Below, in pieces: positions 18,629 through 28,468 of a DNA stretch of 64,000 nucleotides. The stretch is from Myxococcota bacterium (GTDB lineage: Bacteria; Myxococcota_A; UBA9160; UBA4427), in the NCBI GenBank assembly GCA_036228265.1, contig JAZAOF010000007.1, positions 2,473-66,472 on the forward strand. The letters are read 5' to 3'. Position 1 is the stretch's first letter, and every line of letters starts with the position of its first letter. The notes below the pieces were generated by a model. That model ran no database searches, was not told where the DNA came from, and worked only from the letters and a program-made list of their open reading frames with translations. The position numbers were made by a program, and so were the translations under genes.

Positions 18629-19700
18629 TCCGCCCAGTCTCCGGCACCATTGGCTGAAAAGCCACCCGGATTTCCCCTGGCTCGATCCGAATCGACCCGA
18701 CGTGTTGGAGCGTTACCTCCGAAATCGCTCGTTCATCTCTCCGGACCAGGAGGTTCTCGGCTGCTCCTCGGCGGGTGACGGCAATATGAACCTGACCCTG
18801 CGGATCCACCTCGAAGGGGAGTCCTTCATCCTGAAACAATCCCGCCCCTGGGTCGAAAAATACGATTGGATCGAGGCCCCCTGGGAACGTGACTCCGTGG
18901 AACGACGTTTCTACGAGCATGCGTCGAAAATTCGAGCGCTCGATGCGTTCCTACCCAAACTTCTTTACAGCGACCCCGCCGCCCACGTCTTGATTCTCGA
19001 GGATCTCCCCGGGGCGACGGACATGACATCCCTCTACGCAGACGAAGCTTCTCTCGCCCCTTCGGAGATCGACGCACTGGCGAACTTCCTCGCCGTTCTC
19101 CACGAAAATTCCGTGGCTCCCGATGCGCCTGTGAACACCAACCGACCCATGCGCCAGCTGAACTTCGAACACATCTTCAAGATCCCCCTGGAACGTGGAC
19201 GAGACCTCGATGGATTCGAGCCGGGCCTGGAAGCCGCTGCCGAAGAGTTCCGAAACGATCTCCGTGCGCGATCCGCACTGAAGGAAACCGGGAAGCGCTA
19301 CCTTGCCGATGGGACGACCCGGCTACACGGAGATTTTTTCCCGGGGAGCTGGCTTCGGACCGAGCGCGGCATTGGCGTCATCGATTTCGAATTCAGCTTC
19401 CCCGGAGATGCCGAATTCGACCTCGGAGTGGCTGCGGCGCACCTCGTCCTGGGTGGGCACAGAGCAACAGCCCTGCATCGTTTCCTCGACGGCTACTCCA
19501 AGGGTCGCCCGGGCGGGGCGATCGATTTGGCCCGGCTGGCCCGCTACGCCGGTGCGGAAATCATGCGCCGGATCCTGGGCGTGGCCCAACTGCCGATCCC
19601 GATCGCGGAACCCGGCCTCCCCATACGATCCCAATTCCTTGAGATCGCCCGGAGCGCCCTCGTCCAGGGCTCCCTGGACCCCCTGCGGCGGTCGACCTGA
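18615..19700 (+). CDS. Phosphotransferase (APH / methylthioribose-kinase-like) family protein
   Basis: 'GDGNMNLTLRI', 'ILKQSRPW', 'HGDFFPGSWL' and 'VIDFEFSFPGDAEFDLG' form the Brenner/APH kinase motifs. The closest resemblance is to MtnK. Confidence 0.8.
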   Translation: MPSTDPPSLRHHWLKSHPDFPWLDPNRPDVLERYLRNRSFISPDQEVLGCSSAGDGNMNLTLRIHLEGESFILKQSRPWVEKYDWIEAPWERDSVERRFYEHASKIRALDAFLPKLLYSDPAAHVLILEDLPGATDMTSLYADEASLAPSEIDALANFLAVLHENSVAPDAPVNTNRPMRQLNFEHIFKIPLERGRDLDGFEPGLEAAAEEFRNDLRARSALKETGKRYLADGTTRLHGDFFPGSWLRTERGIGVIDFEFSFPGDAEFDLGVAAAHLVLGGHRATALHRFLDGYSKGRPGGAIDLARLARYAGAEIMRRILGVAQLPIPIAEPGLPIRSQFLEIARSALVQGSLDPLRRST

Positions 19701-19756
19701 CTTCGACCGGGAGTCCCCGCTCGACCCTTCTGGAGCGCCGGGGCTATGGTTGGGAG

Positions 19757-20920
19757 ATGGCACTCTCCAAGAGCCTTCAATACCTCCGCGACTACATCGC
19801 CATCCCTTCCGTAAACCCGATGGGCCGAACGGACCTCCCCCAGGAAATCGCTGGAGAAACGCGCCTCGCAACCCACCTCCAGGAACAACTCACGGCCATG
19901 GGCTTCGATGCCATCTGCATCGGAGAGGGAACGCGCCGGAGCGTGGTCGCGGAAATCAGCTGCTCCCAACCCATCGACACCCTGCTCCTCGCCTCGCACA
20001 TCGACACGGTGCCGATCGATGGGATGGAGATCGACCCTTTCGACCCCGTTATCGAAAACGACCGCATCCAGGGCCGGGGTTCCTGCGACACCAAGGCCGG
20101 AATGGCCGCTTTCGTCGAAGCCCTGGAACGGGTGACCCGGAGCGGCCGGCTTCGACGCAATGTCGTTCTCCTCGGAGAAGCCGACGAGGAATTCGGCAGC
20201 CTTGGCGTCCGTGACTCCCTCGCGCATTTCGAAACGACCGCAGGAACTTCGATGCGACCCGACTGGGTAATTGCCACGGAGCCCACGAACCTTCGGGTCG
20301 TCAATGTCCACAAGGGTGTCGCCTTGGTGCGCCTGGAGTCTCACGGCCGCGCTTGCCATAGTTCCGAGCCCAGCAACGGTCGCAGCGCGCTGGTTCAACT
20401 CGCTCATGCCATACTCGCCCTCCAGGAACACGCCGACGAACTCGAAAACCGCCCGCACCCCCTCCTGGGGCCTCCCACTCTCTCCATCGGGCTCGCGGGC
20501 GGCGGAAGCGCACCAAATATCGTCCCCGAGTCCGCCTGGCTCCAGATGGACCGCCGACTCCTCCCGAACGAAGGCGCCGAAGAGATACGCGCCGGGGTCG
20601 AAACGGCCCTGCAAAGAGCAGGGGTGCGCGACGTCGAGATCGCGTCGATCTCGGTCGAGAAGGTGGCGCTCGAAACCGACCCCCAACACCGATCGGTTCG
20701 CGCTTGCCAGGCGGCCCTTGCGCGCACGGGGCTTCCCACGGAAACCGAGGCCGTGGCTTTTGGTACCGACGCCGGAGAATTCTCCAACTGCGGCGTCCCG
20801 GGAATCGTCTTCGGGCCGGGCTCGATCGAGCAGGCCCATACCTCCCGCGAGTTCATTTCCACTTCGCAGGTCGAGAGGGCAACCGAGGCCTTTGTTGCGC
20901 TCCTCGAAGGCGCAGACTAG
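19757..20920 (+). CDS. M20 family metallopeptidase (ArgE/DapE-like deacylase)
   Basis: 'LLLASHIDTVP', 'GRGSCDTKAGMAA', 'LLGEADEEFGSLG' and 'AFGTDAG' are the M20 metal ligands in order. Confidence 0.85.
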   Translation: MALSKSLQYLRDYIAIPSVNPMGRTDLPQEIAGETRLATHLQEQLTAMGFDAICIGEGTRRSVVAEISCSQPIDTLLLASHIDTVPIDGMEIDPFDPVIENDRIQGRGSCDTKAGMAAFVEALERVTRSGRLRRNVVLLGEADEEFGSLGVRDSLAHFETTAGTSMRPDWVIATEPTNLRVVNVHKGVALVRLESHGRACHSSEPSNGRSALVQLAHAILALQEHADELENRPHPLLGPPTLSIGLAGGGSAPNIVPESAWLQMDRRLLPNEGAEEIRAGVETALQRAGVRDVEIASISVEKVALETDPQHRSVRACQAALARTGLPTETEAVAFGTDAGEFSNCGVPGIVFGPGSIEQAHTSREFISTSQVERATEAFVALLEGAD

Positions 20921-20930
20921 CCGCTCGCAG

Positions 20931-23045
20931 ATGCACGAGAATGCAAGTCGTCCGGTCGGCCACGGGCAGCCCGGTACCTCTCGAAATCGCGACATCCTCA
21001 TCGCCCTTGGGGTCTCATCGCTGGCCTTTGCGATTCGTTTCGTCCACCTGTTGTCGCTCCGCGAGTCGCCCTTTTTCGAACTCCTTCCCGGGGGCGACTC
21101 CTTCACCTACTACGAATGGGGAAAGACCATCGCCGGGGGAGAATGGCTCGGAACCGAAGTGTTCTACCAGGCTCCGCTCTATCCCTACTTCCTCGGGCTC
21201 GTGTCTTCCCTGGGCGCACCCGGTCTCTGGGAAATCCGCCTGATCCAGGCACTCCTCGGCTCGATGGCCTGCGGAATGCTGGCCTTGGCCGCAGCACGAT
21301 GGTTCTCCTCAAGCTGGGTGGGGTTGATCGCAGGGGGGCTGCTCGCGCTTTACGCTCCAGCGATCTTTCATGACGCGTTGATCCAGAAGTCGGTTTTGGA
21401 CCTCTTTCTTCTTTGCCTGCTGCTCTGGATCCTTTCGGCAAATCTCGATCGGTCGCGGCTCGGACTCCACTTCATGGCCGGGCTGACCCTCGGCGCAATG
21501 ATCCTCACCCGGGAAAACGCCGCCCTCCTCGGGCTTGCGATTGCCGCGTGGATCTTCATGGCCCAGACCGCGAGAGCCCGTTCCCGCTGGATACGGCTCG
21601 CCGTTTTTTCAGGCGCCGTTCTCCTGGCCTTGTCCCCGGTAGCGCTTCGGAACTGGTCGGTAGGGGACGAATTTCACCTGACCACGTCCCAGCTCGGCTC
21701 CAATCTCTACATCGGGAACAACCCCCGTGCCAATGGAACCTACGAGTCGTTGGTCTGGGGCCGAGGCGATGCCAGTGTCGAGAGCACCGACGCCCGGGTT
21801 CTCGCCGAAGAGGAACTCGGGCGACCGCTCAGCCCAGGCGAAGTTTCCGACTTCTGGACGACCCAGGCCCTCGACTACATCCATTCCGACCCCCTCGACT
21901 GGTTGCAACTTCTCGGACTCAAGTTTCTCCTGTCCTGGAACGCCATCGAGTTGATCGACACCGAGGATCAATACTCTCATGCGCGATTCTCCCCCATCCT
22001 GGCGGCCAGCGGGGCGCTCCTCCATTTCGGCATCCTGGCCCCCCTCGCTCTGCTCGGCGCCATCGTCACCTGGAGCCAGCGAGATCGGCTCTGGCTTCTC
22101 TATGCCCTGCTGGGAGCCTACACCCTGGCGCTCCTTGCAGTCTATGTCGTCGCCCGTTACCGGCTTCCGTTGGTCCCTCTACTCCTTCCCTTTGCCGCGG
22201 CGGCGCTGGTGAAGGGACCCGGTTGGTTCCGCGAGCGAACGGGCCGCCACAAGGGAGTTCTCGTCGCCGCGGCCATCGCCACGGCGGGCGTCGCGATCAC
22301 CGCGCATCTCCCGATGATCCAAAGAGAGGGAATGGAAGCCACCCATGCCTACAACCTCGGAATCGCCCAGCGCCGTGCCGGCAACACGGCGGCCGCTATC
22401 GAAAGTTTTCAGAGATCGGTCGCCCTCGTCCCGCACTATGCCGAAGCCCACACGGCGTTGGCCAACACCCTGAGCCAAGCCGATCGGTTCACCGAAAGTT
22501 TTGAACATTTCAGAGCCGCCATCGCCGCGGATCCGGCCGTTGCGGGAATCCACCACGACCAGGGAGTGGCCTTTTCCCGGAGCGGCGACCTCGAATCCTC
22601 GAAGCAGGCCTTCGCCGAGGCCATTCGGATCGACCCCCTTCTCGCCTCCGCCCACTTCTACCGGGGCCTTTCCCTCCTGCGCATGGGGGAAGCCACCCAA
22701 GCGGCTGCCGCCATCGAAGAGGCCATTCGACTCGAACCGGGGCTCCGAATCCGACTTCGGCACACCGCTTGGCTTCATGCAACGTCGTCCGAGGCCCCGG
22801 AGAGTTCCACCGCCGAGCGAGCACTCCAGATGGCCCGCTGGGCCGTCCGTTTCGGAGGGCACGAAGACCCGGAGTCCCTGTCGACGCTCGCAGCGGCCCT
22901 CGCTTCAACCCAAAGGTTTCCCCGCGCCCTTCGCGCCGCTGATGCGGCGGTCGCACTCGCTCGTCAGAATGGAAATCCCGTCGAGATCAGCGTCATGAAG
23001 GCACGCTACGATCAGATCGCGAAGCGTCGCCGAATCCGTCGATAG
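20931..23045 (+). CDS. ArnT/PMT-like (GT-C, GT39/83-type) membrane glycosyltransferase with C-terminal TPR repeats
   Basis: Starts at ATG 20931, just after the M20 stop. About 11 TM segments. 'GGDSFTYYEWG..I..GEW' and 'YQAPLYPYFLG' motifs. The C-terminus carries several 34-aa TPR units ('AEAHTALANTL', 'HHDQGVAFSRSGDLESSKQAFAEAIRIDP'). Confidence 0.8.
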   Translation: MHENASRPVGHGQPGTSRNRDILIALGVSSLAFAIRFVHLLSLRESPFFELLPGGDSFTYYEWGKTIAGGEWLGTEVFYQAPLYPYFLGLVSSLGAPGLWEIRLIQALLGSMACGMLALAAARWFSSSWVGLIAGGLLALYAPAIFHDALIQKSVLDLFLLCLLLWILSANLDRSRLGLHFMAGLTLGAMILTRENAALLGLAIAAWIFMAQTARARSRWIRLAVFSGAVLLALSPVALRNWSVGDEFHLTTSQLGSNLYIGNNPRANGTYESLVWGRGDASVESTDARVLAEEELGRPLSPGEVSDFWTTQALDYIHSDPLDWLQLLGLKFLLSWNAIELIDTEDQYSHARFSPILAASGALLHFGILAPLALLGAIVTWSQRDRLWLLYALLGAYTLALLAVYVVARYRLPLVPLLLPFAAAALVKGPGWFRERTGRHKGVLVAAAIATAGVAITAHLPMIQREGMEATHAYNLGIAQRRAGNTAAAIESFQRSVALVPHYAEAHTALANTLSQADRFTESFEHFRAAIAADPAVAGIHHDQGVAFSRSGDLESSKQAFAEAIRIDPLLASAHFYRGLSLLRMGEATQAAAAIEEAIRLEPGLRIRLRHTAWLHATSSEAPESSTAERALQMARWAVRFGGHEDPESLSTLAAALASTQRFPRALRAADAAVALARQNGNPVEISVMKARYDQIAKRRRIRR

Positions 23046-23113
23046 GCTGGTTCGGTCGAGGACACAACCCTATTCTCGCCGATGGGCCCGATTCGAGCCC
23101 GGGAGAAAATGAC

Positions 23114-23797
23114 ATGGGCGAAACATCCATCGGCTACCAACTCGAGGGCCCGGTCGCGATCCTCGATTTTGATGACGGGAAGGCCAATACCTTTTCCCCT
23201 CCTTCCATCGCCGCGCTCCACGAAGCCTTCGATCGCGCCGAGGAAGAAGCCCGTTCGATACTCTGGACCGGGCGGCCGGGACGCTTCTCGGCCGGCTTCG
23301 ACCTTTCGTTCATGAAACAAGGGGGGCGTGCCATGATCGACCTGGTCGCGTCGGGAGCCACCCTGGCCCTACGGGTCTACCAGTCTCCGGTGCCCGTGAC
23401 GATCGGCGTGACCGGGCATGCGCTGGCGATGGGCGCCATCATGTTGCTGGCCGCGGACAACCGGATCGGCGTCGCCGGAAATTTCAAGATCGGACTCAAC
23501 GAGGTCGCGATCGGAATGGTCCTGCCCGAGTTCGGGCTAGAGTTCGCCCGAGCCCGGCTGAGCAAGCGCCACGTGACTCGCGCGGTATCCAACGCCGAGA
23601 TCTATACGCCCGAAGGCGCAGTCGAAGCGGGATACCTCGACCGCGTGGTCCCCGAAGATACACTCCGGGAAGCGGCCATCGCTCACGCAACGCAGTTGGC
23701 CTCCCTCGACCTCAATGCCCACAAGGCAACCAAGCTCGCCCTGCGCCGGGAAACCATCGTCCGTATCCAGGCGGCCATCGACGCATTTCCCAGGTGA
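23114..23797 (+). CDS. Enoyl-CoA hydratase/isomerase (crotonase) family protein
   Basis: 'VAILDFDDGKANTFS', 'GRFSAGFDL' and 'GHALAMGAIMLLAAD.RIG' give the oxyanion-hole pattern. Confidence 0.85.
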   Translation: MGETSIGYQLEGPVAILDFDDGKANTFSPPSIAALHEAFDRAEEEARSILWTGRPGRFSAGFDLSFMKQGGRAMIDLVASGATLALRVYQSPVPVTIGVTGHALAMGAIMLLAADNRIGVAGNFKIGLNEVAIGMVLPEFGLEFARARLSKRHVTRAVSNAEIYTPEGAVEAGYLDRVVPEDTLREAAIAHATQLASLDLNAHKATKLALRRETIVRIQAAIDAFPR

Positions 23798-23807
23798 GGT
23801 TGTCGGA

Positions 23808-25610
23808 CTAGGGCGAGGGCTTCATCCAACTCGTGAGGTGCGACCCCGCGCTGCGAACCCCTCCAAAAAGAACCTTGGCGACACCGCGAACCGGCGAGAA
23901 GAAGACCTGGAGCGCCATGAACGGGATCTTCGCGACGTCGGGAAAGAAGATGGGGTCTGTAACCGTCCCCGTTACGAAAAGTGGGAAGGGTGGGAGAATG
24001 TCCACGCCTGTCTTCGGAATGGGAACCGCCGTCGTGATCAAGAGTTTCTGCATCCCGACAATCGTGAGGTCGAGCTCGGTCGACAGATCGACATGCCCGT
24101 CCAGGCCAATCTTCCCGGACCCCGTCAACGTATAGTCGCTTGTCACAAACTTGAGATCCGAAACGTGAAGGATTCCCTTCTCGATCTCGAAATTCTGCTC
24201 GAGATATTCGATCTCCGTCGGATCCACCAGCCGACCCTGGCTCGACGGACGCAAGACCGACGGCACAACTGAGAGAAGTCCGCCCCCAACGGCCCCGATC
24301 ACGCTCGCCGAAGGGATCACTCCTCCTTCCAGCCGCATGTGACCTCGCCCCTGGGTGTTCCGAATCGAATCGTTTTCGTCGGCGTAGGAACCTTCAAATT
24401 CGAACTCGGTCTCCACGGTGTCAAAACCGACCTCGGGAGTCGCCCCGGTGAGGTCGGTTAGCAGGGCGGTCATCGAAACGTTCTCCGCTTCGACCTTTCC
24501 GCGGTAGGCGACCCGGTCGTCGAAACGAAAGGATCCGGCGTAATCCAGCGTGCCCCCGTAGAAGGCCAGCGTGACATCGGAAAATCGCACCCCCCCGCTC
24601 TCGTACTGCATCTTCAGCGATAAATCGCTCGCCTTCAGATTCTTCCATCGAACGCTCGACGCGCGAAGATTTCCAGAGGGAACCGAAAAATCGGACTCTG
24701 CGACACCAAAGTCCAGGTCGAAACGCAGCGGAGCCTCCAACTCGAAGCCAATCCATTCAAAGCTTGCGCCCGAAGCCAGTCTCAACTGGCCCGTCCCCTG
24801 AAAATCTCCGAGTACGCTTCCATCGATGTGCGCCGTCACGCCGATGAGTCCGTTCACATTCTCCGGCGCATCTCCAGGAAGCAGATAATAGAGAACCGTC
24901 GAGGCGGGAAGCCCCGTGCCCTTCAGATCTGCATTGACCGCCCCGGCGAGCACGCTCGGATCACCGAGATTTCGATGGATGGTGCCCTCGAACCGGACCT
25001 CCCCCTGGCCCAGGACAGCGGCGGCTTCGAAGTCGGCATCCTCTCCGGGCTGGGAGGACTCGACGTCGACGGTGACGTCTTCAAAGAGAACCTCCCGTTT
25101 CGAGCCGTCAACCTGGACGTCGACGAAAAGAAAGGAACTGTCCGTTCCCTGTATGGCGGGCAGGTGGCCGGGGGACGATGGCGTCAATTCGTCGGCTTCT
25201 TCTTCGGCGGTCGAAGCGAAACGGCCGACGAAATCCGAGAAGGAAAGCGTTCCGTCCGAAGCACGGCGGAGAACCAGGTGAGCCCCGGAGAAGGAGACCA
25301 ATTCGGGTTCTACCTTTCCGTCGAGCAGAGATGGAAAGTCGAGAACCAGGGAAATCTGGTCGACGGTCAACGCTTCCTGCGAATCCGTCGAATCGTCTCC
25401 GGCAATCCGGATGCCCGATAGGGAGACCCCCGGCCCCGGCCAGAAAACGATCCCGACGCGCTCAAAGCGCACTCCGGGGCCGACGATCCGGGCCGCTTCC
25501 TCGGTGAGGAAGGCCTGGACCGCGGGCAGTTGACTCGCCCCCCAGAGTGCCACCGCCAGGAAGACGAGGGTCCCCAGGAGCGCGGACGCGACACGAAAGA
25601 CGGCCTTCAA
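23808..25610 (-). CDS. AsmA family protein
   Basis: N-terminal anchor 'ALLGTLVFLAVALWG', then a long beta-rich Gly/Asp/Ser body. The AsmA-type C-terminus has 'TGSGKIGLDG.VDL'. Confidence 0.8.
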   Translation of the reverse strand: MKAVFRVASALLGTLVFLAVALWGASQLPAVQAFLTEEAARIVGPGVRFERVGIVFWPGPGVSLSGIRIAGDDSTDSQEALTVDQISLVLDFPSLLDGKVEPELVSFSGAHLVLRRASDGTLSFSDFVGRFASTAEEEADELTPSSPGHLPAIQGTDSSFLFVDVQVDGSKREVLFEDVTVDVESSQPGEDADFEAAAVLGQGEVRFEGTIHRNLGDPSVLAGAVNADLKGTGLPASTVLYYLLPGDAPENVNGLIGVTAHIDGSVLGDFQGTGQLRLASGASFEWIGFELEAPLRFDLDFGVAESDFSVPSGNLRASSVRWKNLKASDLSLKMQYESGGVRFSDVTLAFYGGTLDYAGSFRFDDRVAYRGKVEAENVSMTALLTDLTGATPEVGFDTVETEFEFEGSYADENDSIRNTQGRGHMRLEGGVIPSASVIGAVGGGLLSVVPSVLRPSSQGRLVDPTEIEYLEQNFEIEKGILHVSDLKFVTSDYTLTGSGKIGLDGHVDLSTELDLTIVGMQKLLITTAVPIPKTGVDILPPFPLFVTGTVTDPIFFPDVAKIPFMALQVFFSPVRGVAKVLFGGVRSAGSHLTSWMKPSP

Positions 25611-25754
25611 TCCGCGTACCGACGAAATGTCGTGCTACTCGGCGAGAGCATCGGGGTCGCTCGATCGTGGGATCGCGGATGGGTCCTGGACCCGGATCTC
25701 ATGGGATAGCCTCCACAGAACACGTCGAAGACTACCACGGCACCCGTGGCTCGG

Positions 25755-26366
25755 TCAGGCCAGTTCCCCGACCTCCATCCGGTCAAACCGAACGGCCGTG
25801 CGGTAGGTATAGAAGCTCACGCGGTCCGCAACTGCGGCGGCCGCGTAATCCATCGCTTCGGGGAGACGGGGCAAGAGGACAATGCCTCTCACCTCGCCGC
25901 TGGCTCTTTTCTCCTTGCGAGCGATGTACCCCATTCGGGGAAGAATCTCGAAAATCGCGGTTGCGGGGTCCATCTTCTCGGGGATCAAGACCACGAACAA
26001 ACCGCCTTTTCCACCGACGAGTACCAGGTCGATCTCGCCAACTTCGGTCCGAAGACCGACTGAACCCGAATCACTCTCGTGGAGTTCGAAGCCGGGTTCG
26101 AGCAAGCGGGGTTGCGCCGCGAGCATCCCCCGCAGGTCCGAAGGAGTCGGCGCAACGGCAAGGTCGAAGGGCCCCCGGTCGAGAACCTGGTCCAGGTCGA
26201 CCTCGGCGACGTCCTGCAACGACAGCTTCGGCTGGGAACCCGCCAGCGTGTCTCCCGATGCCCCGGCTTCGGGAGCGGCAGGAGCCCGTCCTTTCCCTCG
26301 GCGCCCGCAGTTCGGGCACATTTTTTCTCGCGGGGGAATCTGGGTCTTGCAGTTCTTGCAATTCAT
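25755..26366 (-). CDS. Zinc-ribbon plus NucS/DUF91-like (PD-(D/E)xK-fold) protein
   Basis: N-terminal 'CKNCKTQIPPREKMCPNCG'. The C-terminal 'LLEPGFEL...TEVGEIDLVLVGGKGGLFVVLIPEK...VRGIVLLPRLPEAMDYAA...V.FYTY' follows the DUF91 layout, but the E-x-K position reads 'IPEK'. Confidence 0.65.
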   Translation of the reverse strand: MNCKNCKTQIPPREKMCPNCGRRGKGRAPAAPEAGASGDTLAGSQPKLSLQDVAEVDLDQVLDRGPFDLAVAPTPSDLRGMLAAQPRLLEPGFELHESDSGSVGLRTEVGEIDLVLVGGKGGLFVVLIPEKMDPATAIFEILPRMGYIARKEKRASGEVRGIVLLPRLPEAMDYAAAAVADRVSFYTYRTAVRFDRMEVGELA

Positions 26367-26682
26367 GGCTGGGTGGGAACTCCGGCAGCATGGGCGGCCT
26401 CTGACGCTCTTTTCGACCCGCCCCGGCACAACATTGAGCCGATTTCGAAAAGCGGAAAGGACCCCACACCCGTCAGCAGACTGCATGCAATCCCTGGGGG
26501 AAAGGGGGCTGGGGCGGCTTCGCCCTCTCATGGGTTGCCCCGATGGTTCACGCCTAGAAGGTCGGTCGGAAAAGTGCCTGTTGTGCACTCCCGGAAATCT
26601 ACCGGGCGGTGTGGGGTCAAGAGCGGATTCTAGGATCCCGGCGCGTCGTGTAAGGTGCCCGCGGTAGAAAATTGGAGTCCCG

Positions 26683-28437
26683 TTGCAGCTCGTTTCCAGT
26701 CATTTCCTGGAGGATTTTTTCCAGGCGGCCGAAAGTGCCGGCGTCGAGCGGTCGAGACTGCTCGACGGCTTCCCTCCCGAAGCCGCGCTGTCTTCGGCGA
26801 CGGCCCATCCGATTACATGGGAAGAGTTTGCGACGATCCTCGAACGACTCGAGGACGCGGTTCTCGGTCCGGACGGCTTGGAGCGCATCGGCAGCCGCAT
26901 CACCAACGCGAAGCCCATGCCCGTACTCCGGCGGCTCGCTGGACTCAGCGCGCGACCCACAACGCTCTACCGCGCCGCACAAAACTGGGCCCTGCGTAGG
27001 GCTCTCCCGGGACTCCAGTCGAGCATCGTCACGCTCGAGGACGACCGACTGCGCGTGGAGTGCACCGTTCCGGCGCCCCTTCGCCCCTGTCCCCAGATCT
27101 TTCACCTGGCGACCGGGGCCCTGCGTGCGCTACCGCGGGCCCTCGACCTCGGGGAAGCCTACGTCCAGGCCGAAATCTCGGAACGGCACGCCGAGTGGCG
27201 GATTCTCCTCCCTCCGGCCCGAACCCTGGGCGCCCGCCTCACCCGAGCGCGACGCGCCTTCTTTTCTTCTCGAGCGGCACTCGACCAACTCACCTCTCAG
27301 CAGGCGGAGTTGGAAGCACGGATCGATGATCTCCAGTCCGCGAACTCTGCGCTGCGAGCGAGTAAAAATCGAATGCGGGCTCGTGCCGAAGCGAGCGCCG
27401 ACCCCATTCTCGAACTGGACTCTGTGGGAACCATCCGGTACCTGAGCCCCTCGGTCCGTAGCGTGACCGGCTACCTGCCCGTCCAACTGCGCGGGACGCT
27501 CCTGTCGGGTTGGTTGCACCCCGGAGACGAACGGGAAATCGCAACTGACCTCGAACGTCTCTTCAAGGATCGAACGCCGAAACGGCTCGTGGCTCGACTG
27601 CGACACCGCAAAGGCCATTGGATCTGGGTTGAGTTCAGCACCTCGTTATTCCAGGACACCGGCAATAAAGAAACTGCGATCGTGAGCCTGCGGGACATCT
27701 CCCGCAATAATTCCAGCCTCCCAGAAGCTTCTCTCGGAGAACACATCGCATCTTCCTGGGCCGAAACTCGCGAGCGACTGGCCGAAGTCCCAGGGGCTAC
27801 GGCCGCGGGAGAGATTGCCCACGCGATCAACAACCCCCTCACCGCGCTGACCGGGAACGTGCAGATGATGATCGAGGATGGGGAAGGCCCAGAATTCAAG
27901 CTGAAGCGCGTCCTGCGCCTCGCCGAGCGAATACGCTCCCTCGTCTCGGAGACTCTCGATCTCTACCGCGTCGGAACACTTCACCGTTCCACGGTAAGCG
28001 TCGGGCAGTTGCTACGCGACCTGCGGCACGAACTCTCGGACCGAGTGGATCCCGAAACCAGCTGGATCCACGTAGCCGACATCGAGGACACGACTTCGAT
28101 TTGCGGCGATCGAACGCTTCTCGGGTCCGCGCTTGCGGCCGTCGCCGACAACGCTTTCGACGCGGTCGCTCGGGACCCTCGTGGATGGGTCCGTTTATCC
28201 GTGGAAAACGGAATTGAAGAGAACACCGTGATTTTTCGGGTCGCCGACAATGGACCCGGGATCCCCCCGGAGTTGCGCCTCCGGGTACTCGAACCGCGGT
28301 TTACCACGAAGAGTTGCGGAACGGGGATCGGCCTCGCCTTTGCCCGTACCGTGGTCGAGGCTCACGGCGGTCGTATCGGAATCCACCAAAGCGACGAAGG
28401 CGGCGCGCTCGTTACGGTCGAGATCCCAAGCGACTAG
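26683..28437 (+). CDS. Cytoplasmic sensor histidine kinase (N-terminal sensor domain, coiled coil, PAS, HisKA, HATPase)
   Basis: H-box 'GEIAHAINNPLTALTG'. N/G boxes 'DNAFDA', 'DNGPGIP' and 'GTGIGLAFARTVVEAHGGRI'. PAS 'PILELDSVGTIRYLSPSVRSVTGY'. No TM segment and no adjacent response regulator. TTG start after GGAG. Confidence 0.85.
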   Translation: MQLVSSHFLEDFFQAAESAGVERSRLLDGFPPEAALSSATAHPITWEEFATILERLEDAVLGPDGLERIGSRITNAKPMPVLRRLAGLSARPTTLYRAAQNWALRRALPGLQSSIVTLEDDRLRVECTVPAPLRPCPQIFHLATGALRALPRALDLGEAYVQAEISERHAEWRILLPPARTLGARLTRARRAFFSSRAALDQLTSQQAELEARIDDLQSANSALRASKNRMRARAEASADPILELDSVGTIRYLSPSVRSVTGYLPVQLRGTLLSGWLHPGDEREIATDLERLFKDRTPKRLVARLRHRKGHWIWVEFSTSLFQDTGNKETAIVSLRDISRNNSSLPEASLGEHIASSWAETRERLAEVPGATAAGEIAHAINNPLTALTGNVQMMIEDGEGPEFKLKRVLRLAERIRSLVSETLDLYRVGTLHRSTVSVGQLLRDLRHELSDRVDPETSWIHVADIEDTTSICGDRTLLGSALAAVADNAFDAVARDPRGWVRLSVENGIEENTVIFRVADNGPGIPPELRLRVLEPRFTTKSCGTGIGLAFARTVVEAHGGRIGIHQSDEGGALVTVEIPSD

Positions 28438-28468
28438 ACCGCGCTACGCCCGAGACCCTCGAGGCCGG

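Noticed and set aside
20271-20930. N-terminal 220 codons of the 924-aa ORF 20271..23045
   Set aside because: This part overlaps the M20 peptidase gene in another frame and is Ser/Arg/Pro-rich. The glycosyltransferase body begins at ATG 20931, right after the M20 stop. Similar spurious 5' extensions were trimmed for ORFs 51989.., 55712.., 60045.., 53785.. and 55212..
19544-21106. 520-aa minus-strand ORF
   Set aside because: It is antisense to the kinase end, the M20 peptidase and the GT-C start. The sequence is Arg/Gly-rich with no motifs. Shadow ORF.
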